Shown: positions 1-8,344, counted from the first letter of the stretch. The stretch: DNA of 20,000 nt from an uncultured virus (IMG/VR IMGVR_UViG_3300032038_008756) (IMGVR_UViG_3300032038_008756); one strand, 5' to 3'. The notes: generated by a model not told the origin, from the sequence alone. Numbers and translations are program-made.

Positions 1-2
1 AA

Positions 3-419
3 GAAGCACTTAAGTTTAAAAATTTATGTGATGACGAAAATATAATATCAGATCTTTGTAAGTATGAAAACAAAGAAAGTGTATTTCATCTTAGAGTTTG
101 GTTTGAAATAAAATTCCTAAATATTTATAATGTTACTGAAACTTCAAATGAACTTAAAAGATGTATGAAGTGCGTTGGAAAGTATGCTTTCTTAGATAAC
201 TTTTTTAAAGATAAAGAATTTACTGAGGTAGATCTTTCTTTAAATTTAGATGAAATTTGGAAATACAAAGCAAGTCGAAGTCTAGATAAAATTAAACCAT
301 ATGAATGTGAAATCTTTAATAAAACTATATGGAGATGGTACAGAAATAGTTCTTGGTACAATAAAAACCTACTTTATAGATTTATAGAATATGATAGAGA
401 TAGGTGTTGGCCCAAGTGA
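3..419 (+). CDS. 5'-partial hypothetical protein, FIEYD-tag family
   Basis: The frame of track ORF 165..419 is open back to position 3 (EALKFKNLCDDENII...), so the gene starts outside the window. Ends ...YRFIEYDRDRCWPK. Confidence 0.8.
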   Translation, partial: EALKFKNLCDDENIISDLCKYENKESVFHLRVWFEIKFLNIYNVTETSNELKRCMKCVGKYAFLDNFFKDKEFTEVDLSLNLDEIWKYKASRSLDKIKPYECEIFNKTIWRWYRNSSWYNKNLLYRFIEYDRDRCWPK

Positions 420-822
420 TAAAATGTATCTTCGTGTCATCTTAGTTGGGGAACTCGAAGAAATTAATTTATTCCTAAATGATAAACCAATACCTCATAA
501 AAATACTAAAGTTGGTCCTTATAAACTAGATGGATGGGTTCATATAGGAGGTAAAATGATGTTTAGATTATTGGAATATCAGGAAGATTATTATCATGTA
601 GTCCAATTCGTAGATAACTTATTTTATCCAAAAGAAATAAAAGAATCCTTTAAGGCAACATATCACATTGATTGTGATCTGGAAAAAGCGTGGAGAGGAA
701 TAACCTATGATAATGAAGATATATATGAGAGGACTATTCAAGAAAGAATTAGAATTTTAAACATACGGGAATTATCATTAAGAGATTATAATCCTAAACA
801 ACGATTTATAGAATATGATTAG
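391..822 (+). CDS. hypothetical protein, FIEYD-tag family
   Basis: 143-aa ORF; its ATG lies in the upstream gene's TTTATAGAATATGAT; ends ...QRFIEYD*. Confidence 0.85.
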   Translation: MIEIGVGPSDKMYLRVILVGELEEINLFLNDKPIPHKNTKVGPYKLDGWVHIGGKMMFRLLEYQEDYYHVVQFVDNLFYPKEIKESFKATYHIDCDLEKAWRGITYDNEDIYERTIQERIRILNIRELSLRDYNPKQRFIEYD

Positions 823-1411
823 AGTAGTATATATAAATGTAGATGGTGGAAGAAATTCAATCTGGGTAAGAATCCCACTAGTTCTAAATTTAGATGCAAT
901 TAAGAAAGAGGAGTTTTTTGGAAAAAGCGGTTCTTTTTTGATCGATAAAAGGTGGGATAGTAATAGATCAGCTACAGAATTTCTAAAGCATAGTGGAGCA
1001 ATAAAGACTTATGCATCTATAGGAGAATTGAAATTCATATCTCGACTATGTTCGGATTTAAATAATATAAAGCCTTTTATATTTTTCCCATACTTAAAAC
1101 TAGATGTTAAAGGAAGATCTTCTAATAAACCTTTTTCTAGAGATAGGATAAAAGAATTAATGAAGGCTAATAAATTATTTATGGGAACTCAACTAGCAGG
1201 TCCTGGAATGGAGACCAATGCTAGAACTATTATTACTGATGCTTTTAATGTAAGGGAATATGAAAATGTCAAAGATCTTTTTAGTAATACAAATTTACCA
1301 AAAGGTGATGCAATTTCCTTTCTAAACCTTATTAATGATAGCGAGCGGTATTTTGGTAAACTATATCAGCAAAGTTTTATAGAATATGATTGGCCGCTCG
1401 ATAAACTTTAA
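815..1411 (+). CDS. hypothetical protein, FIEYD-tag family (paralogue of 2063..2590)
   Basis: 198-aa ORF with KPFIFFPYLKLDVK and QLAGP; ends QSFIEYDWPLDKL*. Confidence 0.85.
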   Translation: MIRVVYINVDGGRNSIWVRIPLVLNLDAIKKEEFFGKSGSFLIDKRWDSNRSATEFLKHSGAIKTYASIGELKFISRLCSDLNNIKPFIFFPYLKLDVKGRSSNKPFSRDRIKELMKANKLFMGTQLAGPGMETNARTIITDAFNVREYENVKDLFSNTNLPKGDAISFLNLINDSERYFGKLYQQSFIEYDWPLDKL

Positions 1412-1425
1412 GAAATCATAGTAAT

Positions 1426-2073
1426 ATGTTAAGAGAATATGAATTTTTTGTAGAAACCAGTTATTATCCACGACTCTTTATTAAAACTAATTTAAAATGG
1501 AATACAGCTTTCGTTAATGAGTATCTTCAAGTAGGTTGGAGAGCGGAAGACAAGCTATTTATGGCAACTTCAACTAATATTAAACATCTAGCACGCTTTT
1601 TAGAGAAGTCTGTTGCTGAAAATGCAATGGTAGTTATGGCTTGTGCGAAAAAGCTCCTTACGAAGGATGAAATAAGAGACTGGTTTGATCTATGTGATTT
1701 AACAACAGAACATTGGATTAAGGTAGGAACAGGAACTTATAACCATTCATTGCAACAGGATTTTAAGGAGTTTGTAAAAACTGGTAATGATAAACTCGTT
1801 ATGAAGTATTTATCAAATCCAGAATTAGTTAGTTTTGCAACTCCTAGAATTGCCGGTCCTAAATGGAAACCGAAAAAAGGAAGAGGTTTTAAAACTTTTT
1901 ATGATATGGATCCTGTATTTGAAGCTGAAATATCCAGAGTTAAGAATCAACATTTAAGAGGGGGTCGTGGACAAGAGGAATTATTAATTAATGGAATTAA
2001 AAATTGGCAAACTGTATTTAACTTAGGGGATTCAGTTTGTTATAAATATAGATTTGTAGAGTATGAAGTATAA
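1426..2073 (+). CDS. hypothetical protein, FIEYD-tag family
   Basis: 215-aa ORF with RIAGPK; ends YRFVEYEV*. Confidence 0.85.
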   Translation: MLREYEFFVETSYYPRLFIKTNLKWNTAFVNEYLQVGWRAEDKLFMATSTNIKHLARFLEKSVAENAMVVMACAKKLLTKDEIRDWFDLCDLTTEHWIKVGTGTYNHSLQQDFKEFVKTGNDKLVMKYLSNPELVSFATPRIAGPKWKPKKGRGFKTFYDMDPVFEAEISRVKNQHLRGGRGQEELLINGIKNWQTVFNLGDSVCYKYRFVEYEV

Positions 2074-2590
2074 GATTGTTAATAAGTACAGTACTATCTA
2101 TCTTCAGGTAAGAATAAAATTTTACAAAGAGAGTATCCCTTTCCTAAAAACATTATTTCGTATAAAAGGGTGGAATCTTATGCCTAAAAATACAGAGAGG
2201 TTTTTAAAGAATAGTGTCAGTGAGTATAACTACCTTGCAATGTATACTTCTTCAGATTGGACAAGTAAGGTAAAAAATATTAGTGATGTTTGTGGAAATA
2301 AACCATTTTATTGGTCACCTTATATTAAAATTAATATAAAAAATCCTGATATTGTTGAATATAGGAAAACTCACGATTTAAAAATTTTCTTAAAAGCCTT
2401 GAAAGAGAAGAATGTATCACTGGAATGGGAGCTTGCAGGTCCTAAGAGTATGAAAAAAGGTAACTATAGTGAAGTTGAATTAGAAGAAAATATCGAAAAT
2501 TACCTAATCCGACTTAATGACACTAAAGCAAAAATAATAGGAACTCTAATTTATGAATGTAATAGACATAAATTTATAGAGTTCGAATAA
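2063..2590 (+). CDS. hypothetical protein, FIEYD-tag family (paralogue of 815..1411)
   Basis: 175-aa ORF with KPFYWSPYIKINIK and ELAGPK; ends HKFIEFE*. Confidence 0.85.
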   Translation: MKYKIVNKYSTIYLQVRIKFYKESIPFLKTLFRIKGWNLMPKNTERFLKNSVSEYNYLAMYTSSDWTSKVKNISDVCGNKPFYWSPYIKINIKNPDIVEYRKTHDLKIFLKALKEKNVSLEWELAGPKSMKKGNYSEVELEENIENYLIRLNDTKAKIIGTLIYECNRHKFIEFE

Positions 2591-2642
2591 AAAGATAGAC
2601 GTAAGTAGTTTAAATAATTACTTATATCTATCTATTTTTTTT
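2591..2642. terminator. bidirectional intrinsic terminator between convergent genes
   Basis: AGATAGACGTAAGTAGTT-TAAAT-AATTACTTATATCTATCT inverted repeat, with an A-run on the left and a T-run on the right. Confidence 0.8.
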
Positions 2643-3355
2643 TAATATTCAATATATTTATACTTATCTCTGCTATTAAAAATTTTTTCTTCTGAAATAG
2701 ACTTTACAATAGCTTTCAAATCATCTCCAATATGCATCCATGTTTTATTAATATCATTCCACTGTCTAATCATAACACACTTTTCTGTGCAATTTATTAC
2801 ACTAAGCTTTAAGTATATCATATTATCAGCTTCACCATTTCCACATCCACAAGTTATAGGATATATCTTAGAGTACACGGGAGAATTATTATAAGTTTCT
2901 TCGCCAATAATAGTGACCCTATTATTTGTAAAGAAAGAATCCCTGTCTGGAACATACCCATTCATATAGATTGGAAATTCCTCTTTTTCTGTAGAGGTTA
3001 GTCCTTCAAGGTGGTTTGGAATTGAGATTGTCTCTTTAATATAAATATAGATCTTTTGTTTAAGGTCTTTTTCTAACTGCTCTAAGTAAAAAACTTCTTT
3101 ATTTTTATAGAAACAGCTTAAAGCAGTACTTAAGTCATCAAGAGTCTTTAATGCATATTCAGGAATTAAAAGATAATCTTCTCTTTGATTTTCTAATATA
3201 GAATAATATCTTCGATTAAATCGAGTATAAACTACTACTGTATAGGATTTATCATACCTTTCTATATACGCCTTTGTATTACTATTATATATAGATATTA
3301 TAAAATCCTTTCTATCCTTATTATAATCTTTTAAAATGTCATCAAACATAATCAA
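2642..3355 (-). CDS. hypothetical protein with FIEYD-like C-terminus
   Basis: 237-aa ORF; ATGA overlap with upstream gene; has CGC; ends DKYKYIEY*. Confidence 0.85.
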   Translation of the reverse strand: MIMFDDILKDYNKDRKDFIISIYNSNTKAYIERYDKSYTVVVYTRFNRRYYSILENQREDYLLIPEYALKTLDDLSTALSCFYKNKEVFYLEQLEKDLKQKIYIYIKETISIPNHLEGLTSTEKEEFPIYMNGYVPDRDSFFTNNRVTIIGEETYNNSPVYSKIYPITCGCGNGEADNMIYLKLSVINCTEKCVMIRQWNDINKTWMHIGDDLKAIVKSISEEKIFNSRDKYKYIEY

Positions 3356-4278
3356 GGATAAAGTTGATATATCATTACATCATCTTCTTGTAAGTTTTCG
3401 ATTGTCTTTTTCCAAATATCCATTTGTTGTTTATAAAATTCTTCTGAAAATTTATCTTTATTATAATAAGTGTACGCTGGAACTAACATTTCTCTTATTA
3501 ATTCTTTTTGGGATTCTGTTGCTGTATCATATGTAAAGAAGGATTTAAGTTGAACTTCTTTATTCCCATGTAAAATTCCGGTAAAGTATCCCATAGCTGT
3601 TTTAAGAATCATTTGAGAAAGTAGTTCTTGTTCTGTATATTTATGTATAGGAATTTCCGATTTAGTAGTAGATGCCCGTTGTTCTTTTTTATACATAGCC
3701 CAAACCTCTTCAGCACTTGGAATATAATCTTCGGGTAATTCTTCTACTACTATTTCTTTTTTCTTAGCTTCGTCTTCCTTTTCTTTGATCCAATTATACG
3801 GAAAGTATACTGAAATTTCTGATCTATCAAATATTCTAGAAATTACTTCATCTGCAGACATAGAACTATCAATATCAGTGCATCTTTCTCTAATTCGTTT
3901 CAGTACATGTGAGTTGACCGTTGTAATATAATGACCAACCCTACCGTCAACTCTATACTTTAGGCCTCTAAAAATTACATAGAAGCTAGAACCATTCGAA
4001 GTAATTCCTTTACAGTGAATATGTGTATCATTAAGTGGCTTTTCTGGTTGTCCCTTCATTCCAGTTTTTATAAACCACTTATTAAAAGTTTTAGAAGAGG
4101 TTATAGTAACTGAACTATAAATCCAATCTTCAATAATTTTCCCCGGCACATTCTTTCTCTTACTTAGATATGGTTTTCTAAGTTTTTCTCTTTCTCTTTT
4201 AATTATCTTCTTGACAAAATCTAGATCAATACTAAGATCTCTGTACAAGTCATTTCCTGTTAATTTTTCTGTTATCAT
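3352..4278 (-). CDS. hypothetical protein
   Basis: 308-aa ORF starting 7 nt downstream of a CCTTATATATG motif; contains SHVLKRIRER. Confidence 0.85.
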   Translation of the reverse strand: MITEKLTGNDLYRDLSIDLDFVKKIIKREREKLRKPYLSKRKNVPGKIIEDWIYSSVTITSSKTFNKWFIKTGMKGQPEKPLNDTHIHCKGITSNGSSFYVIFRGLKYRVDGRVGHYITTVNSHVLKRIRERCTDIDSSMSADEVISRIFDRSEISVYFPYNWIKEKEDEAKKKEIVVEELPEDYIPSAEEVWAMYKKEQRASTTKSEIPIHKYTEQELLSQMILKTAMGYFTGILHGNKEVQLKSFFTYDTATESQKELIREMLVPAYTYYNKDKFSEEFYKQQMDIWKKTIENLQEDDVMIYQLYP

Positions 4279-4285
4279 AATTTTT

Positions 4286-4296
4286 CATATATAAGG
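4286..4296 (-). promoter_or_regulatory. repeated promoter-like motif CCTTATATATG
   Basis: Minus strand reads AAAGCCTTATATATG-AAAAATT-ATG(4278). Confidence 0.7.
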
Positions 4297-4300
4297 CTTT

Positions 4301-4462
4301 AAAGAAAAAAAAGAAAAAGGGAAGGGCGCGATATGCCCTTTATTGTCCTGACTGTGGGCGTTAATAGTTGCGTAGTCCTTTCTTAAGATTTAAATGAGTT
4401 ATATTAGGCGCGTGAACTGCCGCTTACTCATACTACGGCATGTGCCGCTTCCCTTCTTTCAC
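4301..4462 (-). ncRNA. candidate structured small RNA (about 160 nt), unknown family
   Basis: Locally GC-rich and without a long ORF; lies between a motif copy (4460-4470) and a hairpin plus U-tract; 5' AAGAAGGGAAG is complementary to 3' CTTCCCTTTTT. Confidence 0.55.
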
Positions 4463-4470
4463 ATATAAGG
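4460..4470 (-). promoter_or_regulatory. repeated promoter-like motif CCTTATATGTG
   Basis: Minus strand reads TGAAAACCTTATATGTGAAAGAAG; faces the candidate RNA and is divergent from the copy at 4496. Confidence 0.65.
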
Positions 4471-4495
4471 TTTTCAATACCTTTTCAGCCGTAAC

Positions 4496-4506
4496 CCTTA
4501 TATATG
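4496..4506 (+). promoter_or_regulatory. repeated promoter-like motif CCTTATATATG
   Basis: CCTTATATATGTTATGAT, 18 nt identical to 15411-15428; the ATG of nadE follows 2 nt after the motif. Confidence 0.7.
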
Positions 4507-4508
4507 TT

Positions 4509-6401
4509 ATGATGAATAGAAAAGAAGCAAAATTAATAAGAGTATGTGCAGCTATACCAAAAGTAAAAGTTGCAAATGTAGATTATAATGTAGAGCAAAT
4601 TATCAAATTAGTTGATAAAGCTTATAAACAAGATGTAGACGTTATAGTATTTCCGGAGCTTTGTGTAACAGGTTATACTTGTGGAGATCTATTTCACCAA
4701 GAAACCTTAATAGAGGCTGCCGATAAAGGAATTTCTAAAATTCAAGCGGCATCTTTTAAAGCAAAAGAAATGATAATTATAGTTGGTTCTCCTATTCGAG
4801 AATATGGAAGGTTATTTAATTCAGCCGTTGTTATCCAAAATGGAGATCGAATTGGTACTGTTGGAAAAAAGTATCTTCCAGGTTATAAAGAATTTTATGA
4901 AGAACGATGGTTCAGTAAAGATAATCGACCAGCACAAATCTTTAAGACTCCTGATTTTAAGTTTGGAATCGAAATTTGTGAAGATGTTTGGTCAGTAGTA
5001 CCACCTTCTTGTAGGCTGGTTCAAAAAGGCGCTGAGATAATATTTAATTTGTCAGCTTCTAATGAGCTTATTGGAAAGCATGAGTATCTTATGGACCTTC
5101 TTAAACAACAAAGTGCAAGAACAATTGGCGGTTATGTGTATGCTTCATCTGGTTATGGGGAGTCCTCTCAAGATGTAGTTTATGCAGGAAATGCAATTAT
5201 CTATGAAAATGGAAAACTTCTTGCTCAAAGTGAAAGATTTAAAATGGATGAGCAGATAATAGTTCAGGATATTGATTTGGAGTCTATACAAAATGAAAGA
5301 ACTGTTAATACATCATTTGCTAAGTATGTTGGGGCTCTTAAAGCATACCCTAATGAAATTTATCTTCCACTTATCAAAAATCCAAAAGAAGATACTTTGA
5401 GAAAGTATAACGGTCAACCATTTGTTCCAAAGGGTGAAGAACTTAAGAAACGTTGTCAAGAAATTCTTGATATCCAGGTACATGCATTAGCTAAGAGGCT
5501 TGAACATACTGAAATGAAACCAGTAATTGGTGTATCTGGTGGCTCTGATTCGACTTGGGCATTGATAGTAATTATTGAATCGATGAAAAAACTTGGTCGA
5601 CAAATGAGTGATATTGTTGGAGTAACTATGCCAGGTTTTGCTACTAGTTCTAGAACTAAAAATAACTCAAACCTTTTATTTGAGGGTTTTGGAATTACTG
5701 GTAAAGAAATTGATATCAAGGGAATTTGTGAAGCAGAATTAACTGCTCTTGGTCATGATAAAGAGACACAAGATATTACCTTTGAGAATGTTCAAGCAAG
5801 AACTAGAACACAAATTCTAATGAATATTAGTAATCAAGAGGGTGGTCTAGTAATTGGAACAGGTGATCTCTCAGAATTAGCACTTGGTTGGTGTACCTAT
5901 AATGCTGACCATATGAGTATGTATGGAGTTAATGCAAGTATTCCGAAGACACTCATTAAGTCTCTTATTAGGTGGTATGCAGAAGAAAAAGCTGAAGAAA
6001 ATGTACGTGTAGTATTATTAGACATTCTTAATACACCTGTTAGTCCAGAATTAACTGGTAGTGGTGCTGAAGGACAGAATGCACAAGTAACTGAGGATAA
6101 TATTGGTCCGTATGAATTACATGACTTTTTCCTGTATAACATGCTAAGACATGGGTTTGGGCCGAAGAAAATTCTATATCTAGCGAAACATGCAGAATTC
6201 TCTAAGACTTATACACTAGCTGAGCTGAAAAAATGGTTAGAGGTCTTTATAAAGAGATTCTTTTCACAACAATTTAAGAGAAGTTGTCTTCCAGATGGCC
6301 CTAAAGTAGGTAGTATTAGTCTTAGCCCCAGGGGAGATTGGAGAATGCCAAGTGATGCTTGTAAAGATGAATGGTTTAAACAAATAAAGGATTTTCAATG
6401 A
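4509..6401 (+). CDS. nadE: glutamine-dependent NAD+ synthetase (nitrilase-type glutaminase domain plus synthetase domain)
   Basis: E-K-C triad motifs FPELCVTGY, KKYLPGYKEFYEERWF, EICEDVW; synthetase motifs GVSGGSDST, ENVQARTR, GTGDLSE, FKRSCLPDGPKVG. Start moved from 4440 to ATG 4509 (or 4512), just after the motif. Confidence 0.97.
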   Translation: MMNRKEAKLIRVCAAIPKVKVANVDYNVEQIIKLVDKAYKQDVDVIVFPELCVTGYTCGDLFHQETLIEAADKGISKIQAASFKAKEMIIIVGSPIREYGRLFNSAVVIQNGDRIGTVGKKYLPGYKEFYEERWFSKDNRPAQIFKTPDFKFGIEICEDVWSVVPPSCRLVQKGAEIIFNLSASNELIGKHEYLMDLLKQQSARTIGGYVYASSGYGESSQDVVYAGNAIIYENGKLLAQSERFKMDEQIIVQDIDLESIQNERTVNTSFAKYVGALKAYPNEIYLPLIKNPKEDTLRKYNGQPFVPKGEELKKRCQEILDIQVHALAKRLEHTEMKPVIGVSGGSDSTWALIVIIESMKKLGRQMSDIVGVTMPGFATSSRTKNNSNLLFEGFGITGKEIDIKGICEAELTALGHDKETQDITFENVQARTRTQILMNISNQEGGLVIGTGDLSELALGWCTYNADHMSMYGVNASIPKTLIKSLIRWYAEEKAEENVRVVLLDILNTPVSPELTGSGAEGQNAQVTEDNIGPYELHDFFLYNMLRHGFGPKKILYLAKHAEFSKTYTLAELKKWLEVFIKRFFSQQFKRSCLPDGPKVGSISLSPRGDWRMPSDACKDEWFKQIKDFQ

Positions 6402-6775
6402 TAACATATATTATTAGAGAAGGTAGTATTAAAAGAGTAGATCTTACTGTTACTACTGAGAAAGAAGGGGATATTAGTCTTGGACCTAATCCAGAGATAT
6501 TGTGTGATTTGAAAATTATCAGCGTAGGATTAACTGGATTTAATGGTAGTGGTCTTTCTTTCGGTGTAAAATTTAAAAAGATCTATGATGAGAGTCTAGT
6601 TAAGTTAGACGGATTAAATACAAATCTAGTTTATCATATTTATATAAATAAAACAAATAATTTTGGAATGGATATTATAAACAAAGCCGTTAATGGAATA
6701 GTTAGTAAAGTTACGGTTGGACTTGTATACAAAAGTCGTGCTCAATATCCTATATCATTATCCTTAATACAATGA
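6398..6775 (+). CDS. hypothetical protein
   Basis: 125-aa ORF; ATGA overlaps at both ends. Confidence 0.8.
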   Translation: MITYIIREGSIKRVDLTVTTEKEGDISLGPNPEILCDLKIISVGLTGFNGSGLSFGVKFKKIYDESLVKLDGLNTNLVYHIYINKTNNFGMDIINKAVNGIVSKVTVGLVYKSRAQYPISLSLIQ

Positions 6776-7287
6776 ACGAGTTTAAAGATTTAGTAGATTT
6801 TGTCATCAATAAGCTTAAATTAAAGGGAGATCAATGTTTCTTCTTTGTAGGATATGATGGTAAAGATGACGTAACATTAATGACTCCAAGTAAAGAGAAA
6901 ATTCTTGGAAACTGTATATGGAATATGATGAATGAGCCTACTCGTCGAAGAGTATTAACAAGTGGCGTTTTATCGTGGCTCAGAGAAAAAGGTCTTATTG
7001 ATCTAAGTGGTATGCTTTATTTCTTAGTGGAAGATGGTTATAATCCAAAAACAAATACTGTTTGGTATAATTTCATAAAAGCTAAGAGTCAAGAGGATGC
7101 TGAAAAAATTGCTACAGATCACAAACTAGATCCTTCAACGATAGAACCAGTTCATGGTCAAAATCTAATGGAAGCTATCGGTTATGCAATGGCGATAATG
7201 GGTTATCCTCAATATTCACTTAAGCCGTTAGTAACCTGTGATGATGAACGAGATATAGAAACCATTAAACAGAGAATTTATAAATGA
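6772..7287 (+). CDS. hypothetical protein
   Basis: 171-aa ORF; ATGA overlaps at both ends. Confidence 0.85.
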   Translation: MNEFKDLVDFVINKLKLKGDQCFFFVGYDGKDDVTLMTPSKEKILGNCIWNMMNEPTRRRVLTSGVLSWLREKGLIDLSGMLYFLVEDGYNPKTNTVWYNFIKAKSQEDAEKIATDHKLDPSTIEPVHGQNLMEAIGYAMAIMGYPQYSLKPLVTCDDERDIETIKQRIYK

Positions 7288-7664
7288 ATTTTTATGTAGC
7301 AGCGGATTATAATGGTCAGGTTTGGGTTCATATTAACAAACCAAATAATAAAGAAGGTTGGATTTGGCATAGCCCTGGGATTAGTATACAAATTAATGCG
7401 AAACACTATCCAAAATTAAAATGGCCTAATCCTTTCCAGATCGTACAAAAGAATGCTCCAGAGCTAGAATCATTAATACAAGAATTAAAAGATAAACCAA
7501 AGCCACCTGCTTTACAACTTCCATGTACTGTTAGAGAATATAACTCTTGGTTTAAGACAAAAATGGAATACAATAAGTTTGCAAAACTTCAAAAGAGCAA
7601 AATTCGTAAGGCGGTAAAAGAGCTTTGGAAAACCGAAAGAGGAGGAATAATGTGCTATGATTGA
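7284..7664 (+). CDS. hypothetical protein
   Basis: 126-aa ORF coupled to its neighbours. Confidence 0.8.
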   Translation: MNFYVAADYNGQVWVHINKPNNKEGWIWHSPGISIQINAKHYPKLKWPNPFQIVQKNAPELESLIQELKDKPKPPALQLPCTVREYNSWFKTKMEYNKFAKLQKSKIRKAVKELWKTERGGIMCYD

Positions 7665-8085
7665 AAAAGAAATTAATATTTTCCCCACCGCAGAAGAAAC
7701 TAGACAACGTGGGGTAGGTAAGGAAAAAGTTTGGATAGAGGAGCAAGTAAAGGAAATACTGGATGACCTCAAGCAGAGAATTGACGAGAGAAGTGAACTT
7801 GGAGATACAAAAGCATCTACCACGTACAAGTTTGGCACAGATAATACAGATATTTATTCTAAAATTAACCTTAGATTGAAGGAAATTTTAGGAAATTCTG
7901 GATATAATGTTTCTTTTGGTTACCCAGATGAGTATACTACTTATCATCGGGTTATTGTAGACTGGACTTCAGATGAGGAGAAAAAGTGTCAAAAGAAAAA
8001 TAGGATTCAAGCAGTATTTATGTGTATCCTGCTACTCTCTTCGCTAATAATTTTCTATTTTATTGTAAGATTACTTGTGTTATGA
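7657..8085 (+). CDS. hypothetical protein with C-terminal transmembrane segment
   Basis: 142-aa ORF ending AVFMCILLLSSLIIFYFIVRLLVL. Confidence 0.8.
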   Translation: MIEKEINIFPTAEETRQRGVGKEKVWIEEQVKEILDDLKQRIDERSELGDTKASTTYKFGTDNTDIYSKINLRLKEILGNSGYNVSFGYPDEYTTYHRVIVDWTSDEEKKCQKKNRIQAVFMCILLLSSLIIFYFIVRLLVL

Positions 8086-8331
8086 AGAATTATCAAGCAA
8101 AATTTTTTAGGTAAGAAGTGGAATATATTCCGGAAAGAAATTACAGGCTTAACAACTAGAGTTAAACAGCTTAATAGTGTTAAGAGGGATATTAATCTGA
8201 CTTCAAGTGAATTAAGGAATATTGAATTAGAAATTCATGACTTGAAGGAAGTTAGAAAAAATCTTATACCTGTCTGCATCTATTATAAAAAGAGATATAA
8301 GAACTCTTTAAACAATAATAAAGTGGATTAA
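8082..8331 (+). pseudogene. frameshifted (or read-through) gene of about 82 aa missed by the ORF track
   Basis: ATG 8082 overlaps the upstream TGA and stops after 10 codons. Removing one T from T6 (8103-8108) joins it to an ATG-less frame open to TAA 8329-8331. Confidence 0.6.
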
Positions 8332-8344
8332 TTTCCACTTTTTT

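Noticed and set aside
381..2587. CRISPR array or integron attC interpretation of the 15-mer repeats
   Set aside because: Spacing is gene-sized and irregular, the repeats are coding and non-palindromic, and no cas or integrase gene is in the window.
4340..4360. SRP RNA-like TCAGG on the minus strand
   Set aside because: The following GNRA hairpin and AGCAG of SRP domain IV are missing.
4440..4508. N-terminal extension of nadE in the track
   Set aside because: It spans two motif copies and part of the candidate RNA; recognisable NadE sequence begins after 4509.
6762..6774. CCTTAATACAATG before the ATG at 6772 as another motif copy
   Set aside because: It deviates in the core TATA positions and lies in the coding end of a coupled gene, so it was not counted.
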